From IMG/VR virus record IMGVR_UViG_3300048592_000244, positions 42,114 through 106,113 of that record: 64,000 nt of DNA; one strand, 5' to 3'. The notes under the pieces are model-generated. The model searched no databases and was not told the DNA's origin. It saw nothing but the letters and a program-made list of their open reading frames with translations. Below, piece after piece: positions 38,373 to 47,631 of this stretch. Source of the DNA: a virus. The translations under genes and the position numbers were made by a program. The number at the start of each line of letters is the position of its first letter. Position 1 is the stretch's first letter.

Positions 38373-40355
38373 TTAGGTCTCCTGCACGGACACCAGCGAC
38401 GAAATTCCATCGGCCATCGTGCAGCGGTATCCGTGAGCCACAGAAGCTACCAGTTCCCGCTTGTTGGTCAACAGAAGGCAGGAGACGCCGTACTGCTGGC
38501 AGAAGAATTCCAGCACCTCGACCACGGCCTGCTGGCCGGTGTCGTCCATGAAGTCAGCGATCTCGTCAAGGAACAGGACGCCGGAGTTGAAGACGTGCTT
38601 GGACGCCATGAGGTGCAGGGTGAGGAAAATGCAGAAGTCGATGCGCCTGCGCTCACCACCACTGAGGTCTCCGTAGCCTGTGGTCTGGTCTCCCTTGCTG
38701 GCCTCGACGTAGAATCCCTCGACGGTCTTGCTGCCCTTTTTCTTGTGGGACTTGAACGCCACACGCAATTCGTCCTTGGAGAACAGGCTCAGGCACATCT
38801 GGGCCGTGGCCGTCATCTCTGGCAGCAGGGCCTCAAACATGAAGTGCTGTAGGCTACCCTTGCCGCCGCCGAACATGCTGGCCACGTTGTCCCACAGGGT
38901 CTTTTCACCGGCCCACTGCTCTTGGTTGTTGGCAGACGCCTTGCGGTCTTCCTTGAGGCGACGTGTTTCATTTTCCAGCCGGTCTATGTCCTTGGCGATC
39001 TGCTCGATGGCCTCTGTGTCCGGCTTGAGCGCGGCTTCCAGATCGACCTTCACGGCTTCGCCTCTTTCGATCTGTTCCTTGTTGGACTCGACACGGTTGG
39101 CGAGATCGCGGTCCTGCCTTATCAAGTCGCTTTGCTGCTGTTCAAGAGACTTCATGTGGGCGTGAGCAGCTTTATAGTCCACGAGCAGTTTGGCAGCGGT
39201 CTCCTCGTTGAGTCCGGTTTTCGTTTGCCGGGCTAAGTAGTGCTGCTGTGTCTTGTCGTAGCTGCGGATAATGTCCAGCTTCTTTTCGTTCAGGCGCTTC
39301 AATTCATTCTGTGTGCTGGCCAGCGCCTTCTGTAGAGCTTCTTCGCCGAGAGGTTGACCGCATGTGTGGCAGAGTCTGCCTTCGGAATCTTGCTGGAGAC
39401 GCTGGTTCTCGTTGGTGATGTCACGGTCAACCCACTCAAGAGCGTTTTTCCTCTCTGTCTCTTGACGCGTCAACATCTCCGTGGCTGCGTTGAATTCAAT
39501 CCAGCGGTCCTTGGCTTCCTCGAACTGTTGTATCACTGGCTTGTATTTCTCGACGGCATCGTTGGTGGCATCCATCTTGGGGCGGAGTTCCCTGCGCTCG
39601 TGTTCTGCGCTGGTGACAGCGAGTCGGTACGTGGCGAGGTGCTCATCCAGCGTGTGGATTTTCTCCCAGATGTCATCTTCATCCTCGCCGCGAATTTCTG
39701 TCCTGCGCTGGTCGAGTTCAAGCATCGCGGTTTCGTTCTTGGCGATCCACGCGTCAATGGCTTTGCTCACGCCGTTGCATTCGATCTCCGTCTCCATTGC
39801 GAATTTCCACTTCGCCTTCGCTCGCTCATGGAGGCCGGAAAAGTCGAACGGCACGATGGTGTCCAGCAGCGACTTCTGCTCCTTGTCGGTCATCAGGGCG
39901 AAGGTCTGGGATTCCGCGCCGGTAAACACCATCGTCCGCACGAAAGTCTCGTAGTTCATGCCGAGGATATTCTCCACGGCCTCGTTCATCACCTTGAGGT
40001 CGCCGCTCTGGATGCCGTCCTTGTCCGGCCTGCGGATAAACACGTTGTTGCCGTGCTCCGAATGCTTGCGATACCGGCTGATGGTGTAGACTCCGCCCGG
40101 CTTGGTGATCCAGACGGAGCCCGAGCAGTCTTTGTTCACCGGCTGGCGCACGCAGGAGTCTGCGTTCTCCATCCCCGGCCATTTTCCGAACAAGGTCCAG
40201 AGGACGAGGTACATCAGGCTGGTTTTTCCGGTGCCGTTGCTGTCCGCGTAGTCGCTCTGGCTGTCGCCAAAGACCACAGACACCCTGTGGGTGCCGAATT
40301 CCATCTTCACGTTCTGGTAGGAACGGAAATTCGTGCCATGAACCATCTGTAACAT
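38373..40355 (-). CDS. sbcC: SbcC/Rad50/T4 gp46-like ATPase
   Basis: NFRSY, Walker A NGTGKTS, coiled coil with zinc hook CHTCGQ, signature LSGGE, Walker B LFLDE. Confidence 0.92.
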   Translation of the reverse strand: MLQMVHGTNFRSYQNVKMEFGTHRVSVVFGDSQSDYADSNGTGKTSLMYLVLWTLFGKWPGMENADSCVRQPVNKDCSGSVWITKPGGVYTISRYRKHSEHGNNVFIRRPDKDGIQSGDLKVMNEAVENILGMNYETFVRTMVFTGAESQTFALMTDKEQKSLLDTIVPFDFSGLHERAKAKWKFAMETEIECNGVSKAIDAWIAKNETAMLELDQRRTEIRGEDEDDIWEKIHTLDEHLATYRLAVTSAEHERRELRPKMDATNDAVEKYKPVIQQFEEAKDRWIEFNAATEMLTRQETERKNALEWVDRDITNENQRLQQDSEGRLCHTCGQPLGEEALQKALASTQNELKRLNEKKLDIIRSYDKTQQHYLARQTKTGLNEETAAKLLVDYKAAHAHMKSLEQQQSDLIRQDRDLANRVESNKEQIERGEAVKVDLEAALKPDTEAIEQIAKDIDRLENETRRLKEDRKASANNQEQWAGEKTLWDNVASMFGGGKGSLQHFMFEALLPEMTATAQMCLSLFSKDELRVAFKSHKKKGSKTVEGFYVEASKGDQTTGYGDLSGGERRRIDFCIFLTLHLMASKHVFNSGVLFLDEIADFMDDTGQQAVVEVLEFFCQQYGVSCLLLTNKRELVASVAHGYRCTMADGISSLVSVQET

Positions 40356-41467
40356 TAGCGTGCCCCCGGCGCGTTGGCAGGACGAAGAATTTCCATCACA
40401 GCCCGCAGTATCTTGGCCTTCCTGTCCTGCACCAGCAGCCCCTGATTGACCTGATAGGTCAGGTAGCGTTCGATGGATTCACCAAGGCTGGCGTTGGATA
40501 GCTGAATGCGTGGTGCGCCCTGCTCCTCCAGCGACCGGGCGATTACCGTAGCCGGTTTTTCCCGCATGTAGTCGTTGCCCGGCGTCTCGTAGCGTTGCTC
40601 GACCGTGTAGAACTCAGGAGCGGTAGTGGGGAGGCGGGCTATGGTGACGGCGGTGGGGTCGTTCCCCCACAGACCGAGTGCCCACCAGCCGTACTTGTAG
40701 CCCTCCTCCCCGAACGTGTTCTGATGCGTGCAGCCAAGGTGGTAAGCCTTCTCGCTCACCGGCTGTGCCTTGTGGATGTCGTTGAAAAGCAGCGCCTCGA
40801 ATTGCGCCGGGCGGAAATCCTCCAGCTTGATACCGAAGTGTGGCTTGACGCCATTCACCTCGGCACCATCGACCGGGTAGTGGCCGACGAAGACCAGAGT
40901 TTCCCCTGTCGGCACCTGTTCCCACAGCTTATGCAGGTCGATGTCAACCATCGCCTGCTTGTGGTTGTAGTAGAACGGCACCAGCATGACGTTCAGCTTC
41001 AATGATGAGCCGTGGCGCTCCAGACGGATCAGGTGGGGCTCCGAAGCAATGAGATCAACCACGGGCTCGAAGCACTTGAGCGTGTGCAGGTTGTGGTACT
41101 TCTCAGTGCGCTCATGGTTGCCGACGTTGAGGATAATCCTGCTGCCGTTGGCTTTTTCCTGCGTGAACAAGTCCATGAGTTCCGATGTCACCACCGGGTT
41201 CAGGTTGTTCTTGTCGTGCGTCAGGTCGCCGTTGATTATCAGCGGCACGTCCATCGCTCGGGCTGCTTGAATTCCTTGCAGCAGCACATGCACGCTGGAC
41301 ATGATGCGCGTCTCGGGGTCAGGTTGCTTCCACGCGTGGATATGGTGGTCCCCGCCCACGACCGCGAAGGGCGTGAACTGAGATTTATCGGCGGTGGGGT
41401 CGTCGATCACATAGAGCATGTTTAGTAACTCGGCAGTTTGTCGTAGGGACTTGAGAGTTTTCTGCAC
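40355..41467 (-). CDS. sbcD: SbcD/Mre11/T4 gp47-like metallophosphoesterase nuclease
   Basis: GDHH, NGDLTH, GNHE, GHY and DIH motifs; adjacent to SbcC. Confidence 0.88.
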   Translation of the reverse strand: MQKTLKSLRQTAELLNMLYVIDDPTADKSQFTPFAVVGGDHHIHAWKQPDPETRIMSSVHVLLQGIQAARAMDVPLIINGDLTHDKNNLNPVVTSELMDLFTQEKANGSRIILNVGNHERTEKYHNLHTLKCFEPVVDLIASEPHLIRLERHGSSLKLNVMLVPFYYNHKQAMVDIDLHKLWEQVPTGETLVFVGHYPVDGAEVNGVKPHFGIKLEDFRPAQFEALLFNDIHKAQPVSEKAYHLGCTHQNTFGEEGYKYGWWALGLWGNDPTAVTIARLPTTAPEFYTVEQRYETPGNDYMREKPATVIARSLEEQGAPRIQLSNASLGESIERYLTYQVNQGLLVQDRKAKILRAVMEILRPANAPGAR

Positions 41468-42438
41468 AAAGGCGAGCTTTCCAGTTTGGATAGAAGGCTG
41501 CCGCTGCTGTCGGAAAATTCATGCCACGCCATCCACTGCTTGATCCAGTCAATGTTGGCGGAGCCCACGGCACAGAGCGGGTTGCCCATGTCGAGCTTGT
41601 CCGGTCCCTGCGGTGGGTTCAGGCGCATCAGGTGAGCATTGAGGGCGTAGACGCGCTGGCTATTTTCACTCGCCAGCTTCTCCAGTGTCTTCGTGACCTT
41701 CTCACCGACCGACATCTTCGTGTGGATCAAGTTGCAGAAATTGTTGTAGCCGCCGTACTCACGCAAAATCATCAAGGCCCGCTTTTCCGCACAGCTTGGC
41801 AGGCCGGGGATCATGTCGGACTTATCGCCTTGCAGCCAGCGGTATTCCGCCCACTGATCGAGCGTCAGCTTGATCTGCTTGTCGGCTGGCAGCTTCTTGT
41901 TCTCTTTGAAAAAGTGGGCGCTCTGTTCGTAGAAATTGTCGTGGGTCAACCAGCGCGGCGGTTTGCCGGGGTAGTAGATGGTGAAATTCGGCGAGATCAG
42001 CGGGAACATATCCTTGTCGGTAGACACGCAGATGATCGGCGTGTCGGCATACATCATGCGCAGGTGCCCGATGATGTCGTCTGCTTCCATCTTCGCCTGC
42101 TCGAACCAGAATACGTTCAGTTGCAGCAGCGCCGTGCGGAGTTCAGGTAACTGTGCCTGAATAGCTTGATATTGTTTTTCCTCCTCGGGGGTGCGTTTCT
42201 TTTGCCGTTGTTTGTAGTCCGGCAGGTACTGAGTTCTCCAACAGCCTTTGTTGGAGTAGTCATTCGGATCGCTGACGAGCCACACATGCTCCGGCTTCAA
42301 GTCGTTCACCAGCTTCACCAGCATGTTGAACATGCCGTAGTAGAGCCCGGTGAACTGGCCGCTGTTCTTCGACCAGAGTTCACGGTGCGAATGGGCACCA
42401 CGGTGCGCCATGTTGTGGACGTCGATCAGCAGGATCAT
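41422..42438 (-). CDS. 5'-3' exonuclease / T4 RNase H-like flap endonuclease
   Basis: LLIDVHN, YKQR, EADDIIG, STDKD, LQGDKSDMIPGL (H3TH). Confidence 0.92.
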   Translation of the reverse strand: MILLIDVHNMAHRGAHSHRELWSKNSGQFTGLYYGMFNMLVKLVNDLKPEHVWLVSDPNDYSNKGCWRTQYLPDYKQRQKKRTPEEEKQYQAIQAQLPELRTALLQLNVFWFEQAKMEADDIIGHLRMMYADTPIICVSTDKDMFPLISPNFTIYYPGKPPRWLTHDNFYEQSAHFFKENKKLPADKQIKLTLDQWAEYRWLQGDKSDMIPGLPSCAEKRALMILREYGGYNNFCNLIHTKMSVGEKVTKTLEKLASENSQRVYALNAHLMRLNPPQGPDKLDMGNPLCAVGSANIDWIKQWMAWHEFSDSSGSLLSKLESSPLCRKLSSPYDKLPSY

Positions 42439-43112
42439 TTCTTTTCCTTGAGGCGGCTGCGTTCGCGTGAGAGGTTTACTTCGTAGGCTTCGCGGTAGAG
42501 CGTAATCAGCCTGTCCTTCAATTCAGACAGCACGCGCTCCCGCTTTGCAATCCACAGCTTCGGGATTGTGAACAGGGCGATGTACGGCATGACGGGGATG
42601 AAATTCTGCACGCCGGGGGTCTTGTTGCAGTACAGCGAAGTCTTGACGCGTAAAGAGTTGTTCACCTGATCGTCCTTCTCGGGCTTCTCAGGGAACCAGA
42701 ATGGATGGCTGACGTGGCAGACCATGCGCTGGAAGCCAAGCTGCTTGCCACGGAAGATCAGCGAGCCGGAGTCCATTGCAGTCGGGTCGTTGGCGCTGTA
42801 ACGCTGGTCATCCCATTCATCGGCGTCCAGTTCCTCGAACACAATCGTGGGGTCAGCGAACGCGAGTTCCGTGTTGGCGTCGATCACCAGTTCAGCGCCA
42901 AGGTCGCGGCACAACTCGGCAATCACCTGATCGTCAGGGATGCAGGATATTTCCTGATTCTTCACCATCTGGGCGATGATCTGGGCGTTGGGGCTCACGG
43001 CGTCCACAATGCCCGGATGGTCGCCAAGGGAGTTCGCGGGAATAAAAATCCTGCGGCCCTTGTAGAACAGATCGGTCGGTCTAACGGAATGCTGGGTTGG
43101 TGCCTTGTGCAT
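42435..43112 (-). CDS. Hypothetical protein (possible recombination mediator)
   Basis: 225 aa directly downstream of recA; function inferred only from position. Confidence 0.55.
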   Translation of the reverse strand: MHKAPTQHSVRPTDLFYKGRRIFIPANSLGDHPGIVDAVSPNAQIIAQMVKNQEISCIPDDQVIAELCRDLGAELVIDANTELAFADPTIVFEELDADEWDDQRYSANDPTAMDSGSLIFRGKQLGFQRMVCHVSHPFWFPEKPEKDDQVNNSLRVKTSLYCNKTPGVQNFIPVMPYIALFTIPKLWIAKRERVLSELKDRLITLYREAYEVNLSRERSRLKEKK

Positions 43113-44394
43113 CGTCGGTCTTCTTTCCGTAGATAATTTCCTGCTTCCACTTGTTCAGCGCCTTCCAGATTTCAGCGCCGACTTCGCAGTAGATGTTGTA
43201 CCAGCTTTCGATCTTGAAGTTCTCCGGCCAGCAGGCGTGAAAATCCCCCTGTAGTGCCCACCATCCACCGGACGTGTGTTTGACGAAGCCGCGTTGGTGG
43301 AAGAATTCCCACAGCGAGTTCACCGGGTCAGTGCCGGTAGCCCCCAGCATGAACAGCGGCACGTCCATCTGCAACGAGTCGAGGTTCTTCTTGATCGAGC
43401 AGGAGACGATGTTGCCAAGCTGGTAGAGCCGGTCGCTCGTGGCGACCAGCTTGTCCGCCTTGAGGATGCCGTCGCTGCGTGGGTCACGGTACAGCACCGA
43501 GCCCGAACCACCGGCGAATATCTGCAAGCGTACCGTGTTGTAGAATTCTTGTGACGACGTGACAGCCGGGCGCTTGTAGGCGTTGCCCTTGCCCATGATG
43601 CCAGCGGTCCTGATCTGGGCGAGTTGCAGCATGGCGACACGCTCGTCCATGAACAGGCAGTTGCGTAGCTGGTGACTCCACGAGCGTGCCTGCAACGCTG
43701 GCTGAGGGCTCGTGTTGGCCAGTCCTGTCTTCGGGTCGAATGCTTCCTCGCGTGACGGCACCGCAGTGGTGGAGTCAACGACGATCAGGATGAGCGACTT
43801 GTCTTCCTGACGAAGCTGATTGGGCGAGGCAAAGTTCTTGCCGTCTTTTCCTGCGATGGCAGCGCACTGGCCTTCTTTGTCCTTGCGCGTCTCCCACTGC
43901 TTGCCGCAGTCGAGAGTCCTGCCGTAGTATTCAATTTCCTTCTTCGTGGCCACTCCGCTGAGGAACCTTTCGCGCACTTTCCGCAGATCGTCTTCACGGA
44001 TCACCTTGTGGATGCGCGTGCAGTCCTCGAACATGCGCTCGACGTTGATGATGTCGTCAGGCTTTTCCGCTGGCACAAGGTCTTTGAAGTACCAGAAGAA
44101 CGGGTTGTCTTTGTTGGCCTTGTTGATGCCGAGTGTCTTGAACCTGCTCTCGGTCATTTTCCGCTCTTTGTCGAACACGATGGCGTGGCCACCGAGATCG
44201 AGCACGGCACCGACGACTTCGCAGGCGAGCGTGGACTTGAACATCGAAGGGTTGCCGGAAATTTCCGTGATGAACCCGCACTGGATACCCCCGGTCATCA
44301 GGTTCAGAATATCCGACTTGAACGGAATGTACCCCGGCGTTGCCGGATCACCTGCACGCATCGACTGGCGAAGTTCTGCTGGCGTCATTGTCAT
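43081..44394 (-). CDS. recA: RecA/UvsX-like recombinase
   Basis: GGIQCGFITEISGNPSMFKST, IVVDS, QAR...QLR, QIR, EFYNTVRL motifs. Confidence 0.85.
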   Translation of the reverse strand: MTMTPAELRQSMRAGDPATPGYIPFKSDILNLMTGGIQCGFITEISGNPSMFKSTLACEVVGAVLDLGGHAIVFDKERKMTESRFKTLGINKANKDNPFFWYFKDLVPAEKPDDIINVERMFEDCTRIHKVIREDDLRKVRERFLSGVATKKEIEYYGRTLDCGKQWETRKDKEGQCAAIAGKDGKNFASPNQLRQEDKSLILIVVDSTTAVPSREEAFDPKTGLANTSPQPALQARSWSHQLRNCLFMDERVAMLQLAQIRTAGIMGKGNAYKRPAVTSSQEFYNTVRLQIFAGGSGSVLYRDPRSDGILKADKLVATSDRLYQLGNIVSCSIKKNLDSLQMDVPLFMLGATGTDPVNSLWEFFHQRGFVKHTSGGWWALQGDFHACWPENFKIESWYNIYCEVGAEIWKALNKWKQEIIYGKKTDDAQGTNPAFR

Positions 44395-45794
44395 AGTTGT
44401 CCACTCCGAAGGGCTTGGGAAAATCCACGGTCATCCATGAAGGTCGTCTGTGCCCAGCCCTCGTTGTCCAGACAGTCCCTTCTCTTATCGGCCCATCGCC
44501 GCAACATCTTTACACCGAAATCGTCAATATCTACCCAAAGGAACGGTCGCCCGTCTGCCTTGGGGATCAGACCACGCCCGAGCTTCTGCACCGTCACATG
44601 GTCAGCCTGCATGGCCTCAGCGTTGATGGCGAAGTCGCACTGGAAGGTCACGCCCTCGCGCCACTTTTTGGTGCAGCACACGCAGGAAATCTCCCCGGCG
44701 TTGAACAGCTTCTTGATGTGGTCAGCCTCGCTCTGACTGATGAGCTTGCTGGCGACCACGTAGCAGCCGGGGATGTCATTGGCGATGCGCTGGCCCTGCT
44801 CGGAGTAGTTGACGAAAATCAGACCCTGCTTGCCGGTCTCGGTCAACTGCCGGGCGAGCCACGCGATCATCAGGTTACGCTCGCGGTTCTGAACGATGGA
44901 CGACTTGTACTTGTCGTCGAAATTCTCCGTGGGTAATTCACCGTGATGGAAAAACGGCAGCCACACTGCATTGACCGGCGCGATGATCCCGTGGGCGGCA
45001 GCGGCGGCAGCGGTGACTTCAACGCGCTTGGGTCCGTGCCAGCCGATCAGGGCGTAGTCCTTGTATTCTTTTCCTACCAGCGGAGTAGCTGACGAGCCCC
45101 ACGACCAGATGCAGTTGGGCATGTACTGGTAAATCAGCATCTGCCTGTCGCCTGCCTTGTGGCACTCGTCGCGGATGCGAGCCTCGCAGGCCGCAAGGTA
45201 GGGAATTACCTCCGGCTTGACGCCACCGCCTTTTCCTTCGCACAGAGAGTTCTCGATGCAGATGGTGATATTCTGCCAGTCGTGTTCCTTCTGGACCGTG
45301 GCCGCGACCATGCCGATTGGTTCGTCTGTCACCGTGCGCCAGTCTTCACGCATCTGTCCGGCGATGTCTGCGGTGGGAGCGAAGACCAGTGTGCGCGGCC
45401 TGCCTGCGCGGAAATACCACTGGAGGTAGACGAAGGACTTACCGAAGCGAGTGGCGATGTCGATGATGCCGTAGCGGTGCTTGAGCATCTCGTCCACGAC
45501 CCAATCTTGCAGGGGCCGACCGAACGTCACCTCACGCGGGCTGTAGTTGTTCTGCTGGCGTGGCCGCTGGTGCCACTCGGTGTGGACACCGTAGCGGAAA
45601 AGTTCTTGCACGACAAACGGAGTGAGCCCACGAAGGAAATATGGATAACCGGGCTGAAAGAACGGAGGATATTCCCCGTCCTGATCCGGTGCGACCGTGA
45701 GGATGCGTTCTATGATGTCATGGATAAGGCTCACGTCGTACCCGGTGACGTGTACCTCTGTCCAGTTTGTATCTTCCACCAACATCACAGGCAT
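44391..45794 (-). CDS. UvsW-like superfamily 2 helicase
   Basis: ATRFGKS, DECH, SATP, EGV and QKLGRGL helicase motifs. Confidence 0.85.
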   Translation of the reverse strand: MPVMLVEDTNWTEVHVTGYDVSLIHDIIERILTVAPDQDGEYPPFFQPGYPYFLRGLTPFVVQELFRYGVHTEWHQRPRQQNNYSPREVTFGRPLQDWVVDEMLKHRYGIIDIATRFGKSFVYLQWYFRAGRPRTLVFAPTADIAGQMREDWRTVTDEPIGMVAATVQKEHDWQNITICIENSLCEGKGGGVKPEVIPYLAACEARIRDECHKAGDRQMLIYQYMPNCIWSWGSSATPLVGKEYKDYALIGWHGPKRVEVTAAAAAAHGIIAPVNAVWLPFFHHGELPTENFDDKYKSSIVQNRERNLMIAWLARQLTETGKQGLIFVNYSEQGQRIANDIPGCYVVASKLISQSEADHIKKLFNAGEISCVCCTKKWREGVTFQCDFAINAEAMQADHVTVQKLGRGLIPKADGRPFLWVDIDDFGVKMLRRWADKRRDCLDNEGWAQTTFMDDRGFSQALRSGQL

Positions 45795-45850
45795 GAGCGA
45801 AGCTCCGTGGGCGACCGGCGAAGCCGGGCTGCCCTAGTAGTTCGTAAGAA

Positions 45851-45970
45851 CTACTAGAAAAAAACCTTTGTTTATATAGCTATACTTCATCGGCCATTTT
45901 GGCCTTTAGCAGAGTGCGAGTTTCTATCGGCCATTTTGGCCTTTAGGCTTTAGGCCATTTTGGCCTTTAG
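45851..45970. repeat. Probable replication origin: three 18-bp iterons GGCCATTTTGGCCTTTAG next to an AT-rich tract
   Basis: Exact copies at 45892-45909, 45929-45946 and 45953-45970; AT-rich 45851-45890; abuts the initiator-like gene. Confidence 0.75.
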
Positions 45971-46368
45971 AGACTCTCGATTTCCTGTGGTTTCCAGTTC
46001 CCTTCAAGGTGCCCCACACGGAGTTCTAGGTCTTCTGGTGGGATGACGTTCACGCTGTAGAGGTTGGATGTGCGCCTCTGTTTATTCCTGCGCTGCTGTC
46101 TGGTGATGGCCCCCACGACTTCGAGAACAGACAGATGGCGGCTGATCGACCGGACGCTGACGTGGGTTTCCTTTGAGATCGTGACGTACTCAGGGAAAAC
46201 ATTGTCGTTGTACTTCATCGCCATGCTGTGCAGGAAAATGTAGACGATCTTAGCGTCACCGGAGATCGGTAGCGCCATGATCCAGTTGGGTAGTTGCCCA
46301 TAAGGAACGACGCCCTTCTTGGCGGCAGCATGACCGGCGACGACGCCGATGGATGATTTCTTCTTCAT
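45967..46368 (-). CDS. Winged-HTH phage replication initiator (HTH_36-like), N-terminal domain only
   Basis: QLPNWIM...ISGDAKIVYIFL...FPEYVTISKETHVSVRSISRHLSVLE...SNLYSV pattern. Confidence 0.75.
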   Translation of the reverse strand: MKKKSSIGVVAGHAAAKKGVVPYGQLPNWIMALPISGDAKIVYIFLHSMAMKYNDNVFPEYVTISKETHVSVRSISRHLSVLEVVGAITRQQRRNKQRRTSNLYSVNVIPPEDLELRVGHLEGNWKPQEIESL

Positions 46369-46703
46369 CTGTATTCTCCGTGGAAAATCACACGAGGTAG
46401 GAATGGTGCTTGTAGTGATGACCGATATTCTTCGAGTGTCTGGTCTGACTTTTTGAGATTGCAGTCTGGGCAGGAGGGGGCGCGGTTGCTTTTTGCGTGC
46501 GACCCGTTTCGGCTTCTAGGCACGACATGATCCATGTGCCGGAAATTCAATTCCTCACCGCAATAGAAGCAGTGATTGGGGCTGATATTTTCAGGCAATG
46601 GCGGCAGCGGTAGGAATTTCCCGTGACTGTTGACAGTCACGTCTACGCCGACGATGAGTTCTCGTCGCTCGCGTGCGGCATGGCCGCCTTGAGATTGTCG
46701 CAT
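46365..46703 (-). CDS. HNH endonuclease (start likely ATG 46703)
   Basis: CFYCG...HMDHVVPRSRNGSHAKSNRAPSCPDCNLKKSD; AAGGAAAGGT RBS. Confidence 0.85.
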   Translation of the reverse strand: MRQSQGGHAARERRELIVGVDVTVNSHGKFLPLPPLPENISPNHCFYCGEELNFRHMDHVVPRSRNGSHAKSNRAPSCPDCNLKKSDQTLEEYRSSLQAPFLPRVIFHGEYR

Positions 46704-46733
46704 GGAGTTCACCTTTCCTTGTTGGCGGCACGC

Positions 46734-46763
46734 ACTATAAGGTCGGCAGATGATGGGTGTCAA
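46734..46763 (-). promoter_or_regulatory. Sigma70-type promoter for the leftward recombination/replication operon
   Basis: Minus strand reads TTGACA-18 nt-TATAGT. Confidence 0.7.
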
Positions 46764-46874
46764 CAAAAGAGAAAACCCCAGCTTGCGCCGGGGTCTCTCT
46801 GCCAAACCAAGGAAAGAAGATTGAAGCAGCCGAAGTCGTGATCTTGTGGTGTTGCACCCTTCGACCACGACGGC

Positions 46875-46883
46875 TGGTATTGT
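46875..46883 (+). promoter_or_regulatory. Possible extended -10 promoter for the helicase/primase operon
   Basis: TGGTATTGT (TGn-TAnnnT), divergent from the 46734-46763 promoter. Confidence 0.35.
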
Positions 46884-46980
46884 GCAGAGGATGTGGGGTA
46901 AACTTCAAGAGGGAACTAAAGTTTCCGCTGGAAAGTTCCGACTAAGGAAGGTGTCATCGACACAGCCAAGGAAGGAACCC

Positions 46981-47631
46981 ATGAACCCCACACTTGATGA
47001 ACCGCCTGCACAGGCGGCCCGAAGCGACGACGAAGCCATTGCGCTGATGCTGCTCTACCAGCAGGTCTCCTGCGAGATCACCGGCAAGACCCGGTGGCTG
47101 GGCAACCAGCAGAAGCTGAAAGACGGTGGATGTCGTTGGATGGCAGCGTTTGTCACGCTGGCGAACAAGCTACGCATCTGGAAGTTCGACGCAGAAGCAT
47201 TCATGCGCTGGGCGATCTCGACGAACGAGATGGTGTTGGACCGCCCAAACGTAATCAACGCGGACTGGCTGCTCGGAAAGTACAGCCAGTACCGTGTTGA
47301 TTCGATGGCTGATGCTGTCGTGCAGGACAGGACCGTCAGAGGTGATCTCGACTTGATCCGCACTTCTATGGAAGCGGACGTCGAGAACCTCGCCCGCTGG
47401 CGGAAATTCATGCCGGACTACAAGCAGCGCCTGTTGAGCCAGTACCAGTCGCTTTCGCCTCACTTCCTTGCCACGGATGTCGTGTTCCTCGATCTGGTCA
47501 AAGCCAACCAGATCGAGCAGGCCACCGTGTTGAAGGTGGGTGAGGTGTTGCGGCAACTGAACGGCGACAAGAGGTTCTACCAACAGGTGAGGCAAGCTCG
47601 TGATACAGCCATCATGGACGCCGGAGAATAA
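46981..47631 (+). CDS. Hypothetical replication protein (possible helicase loader); start likely ATG 46981
   Basis: AAGGAAGGA RBS; overlaps the start of dnaB. Confidence 0.6.
   Translation: MNPTLDEPPAQAARSDDEAIALMLLYQQVSCEITGKTRWLGNQQKLKDGGCRWMAAFVTLANKLRIWKFDAEAFMRWAISTNEMVLDRPNVINADWLLGKYSQYRVDSMADAVVQDRTVRGDLDLIRTSMEADVENLARWRKFMPDYKQRLLSQYQSLSPHFLATDVVFLDLVKANQIEQATVLKVGEVLRQLNGDKRFYQQVRQARDTAIMDAGE

Noticed and set aside
43780-44000. Intein in RecA
   Set aside because: The insert is too short and lacks the N-terminal Cys/Ser and C-terminal His-Asn splice motifs.
36445-45857. Plus-strand ORFs opposite the recombination operon (e.g. 39354-40352, 38019-38852)
   Set aside because: Shadow ORFs of well-supported minus-strand genes.
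45892-45970. Mini CRISPR array
   Set aside because: The repeats are only 18 bp with 19- and 6-bp gaps, and no cas genes are present. The context fits replication iterons.
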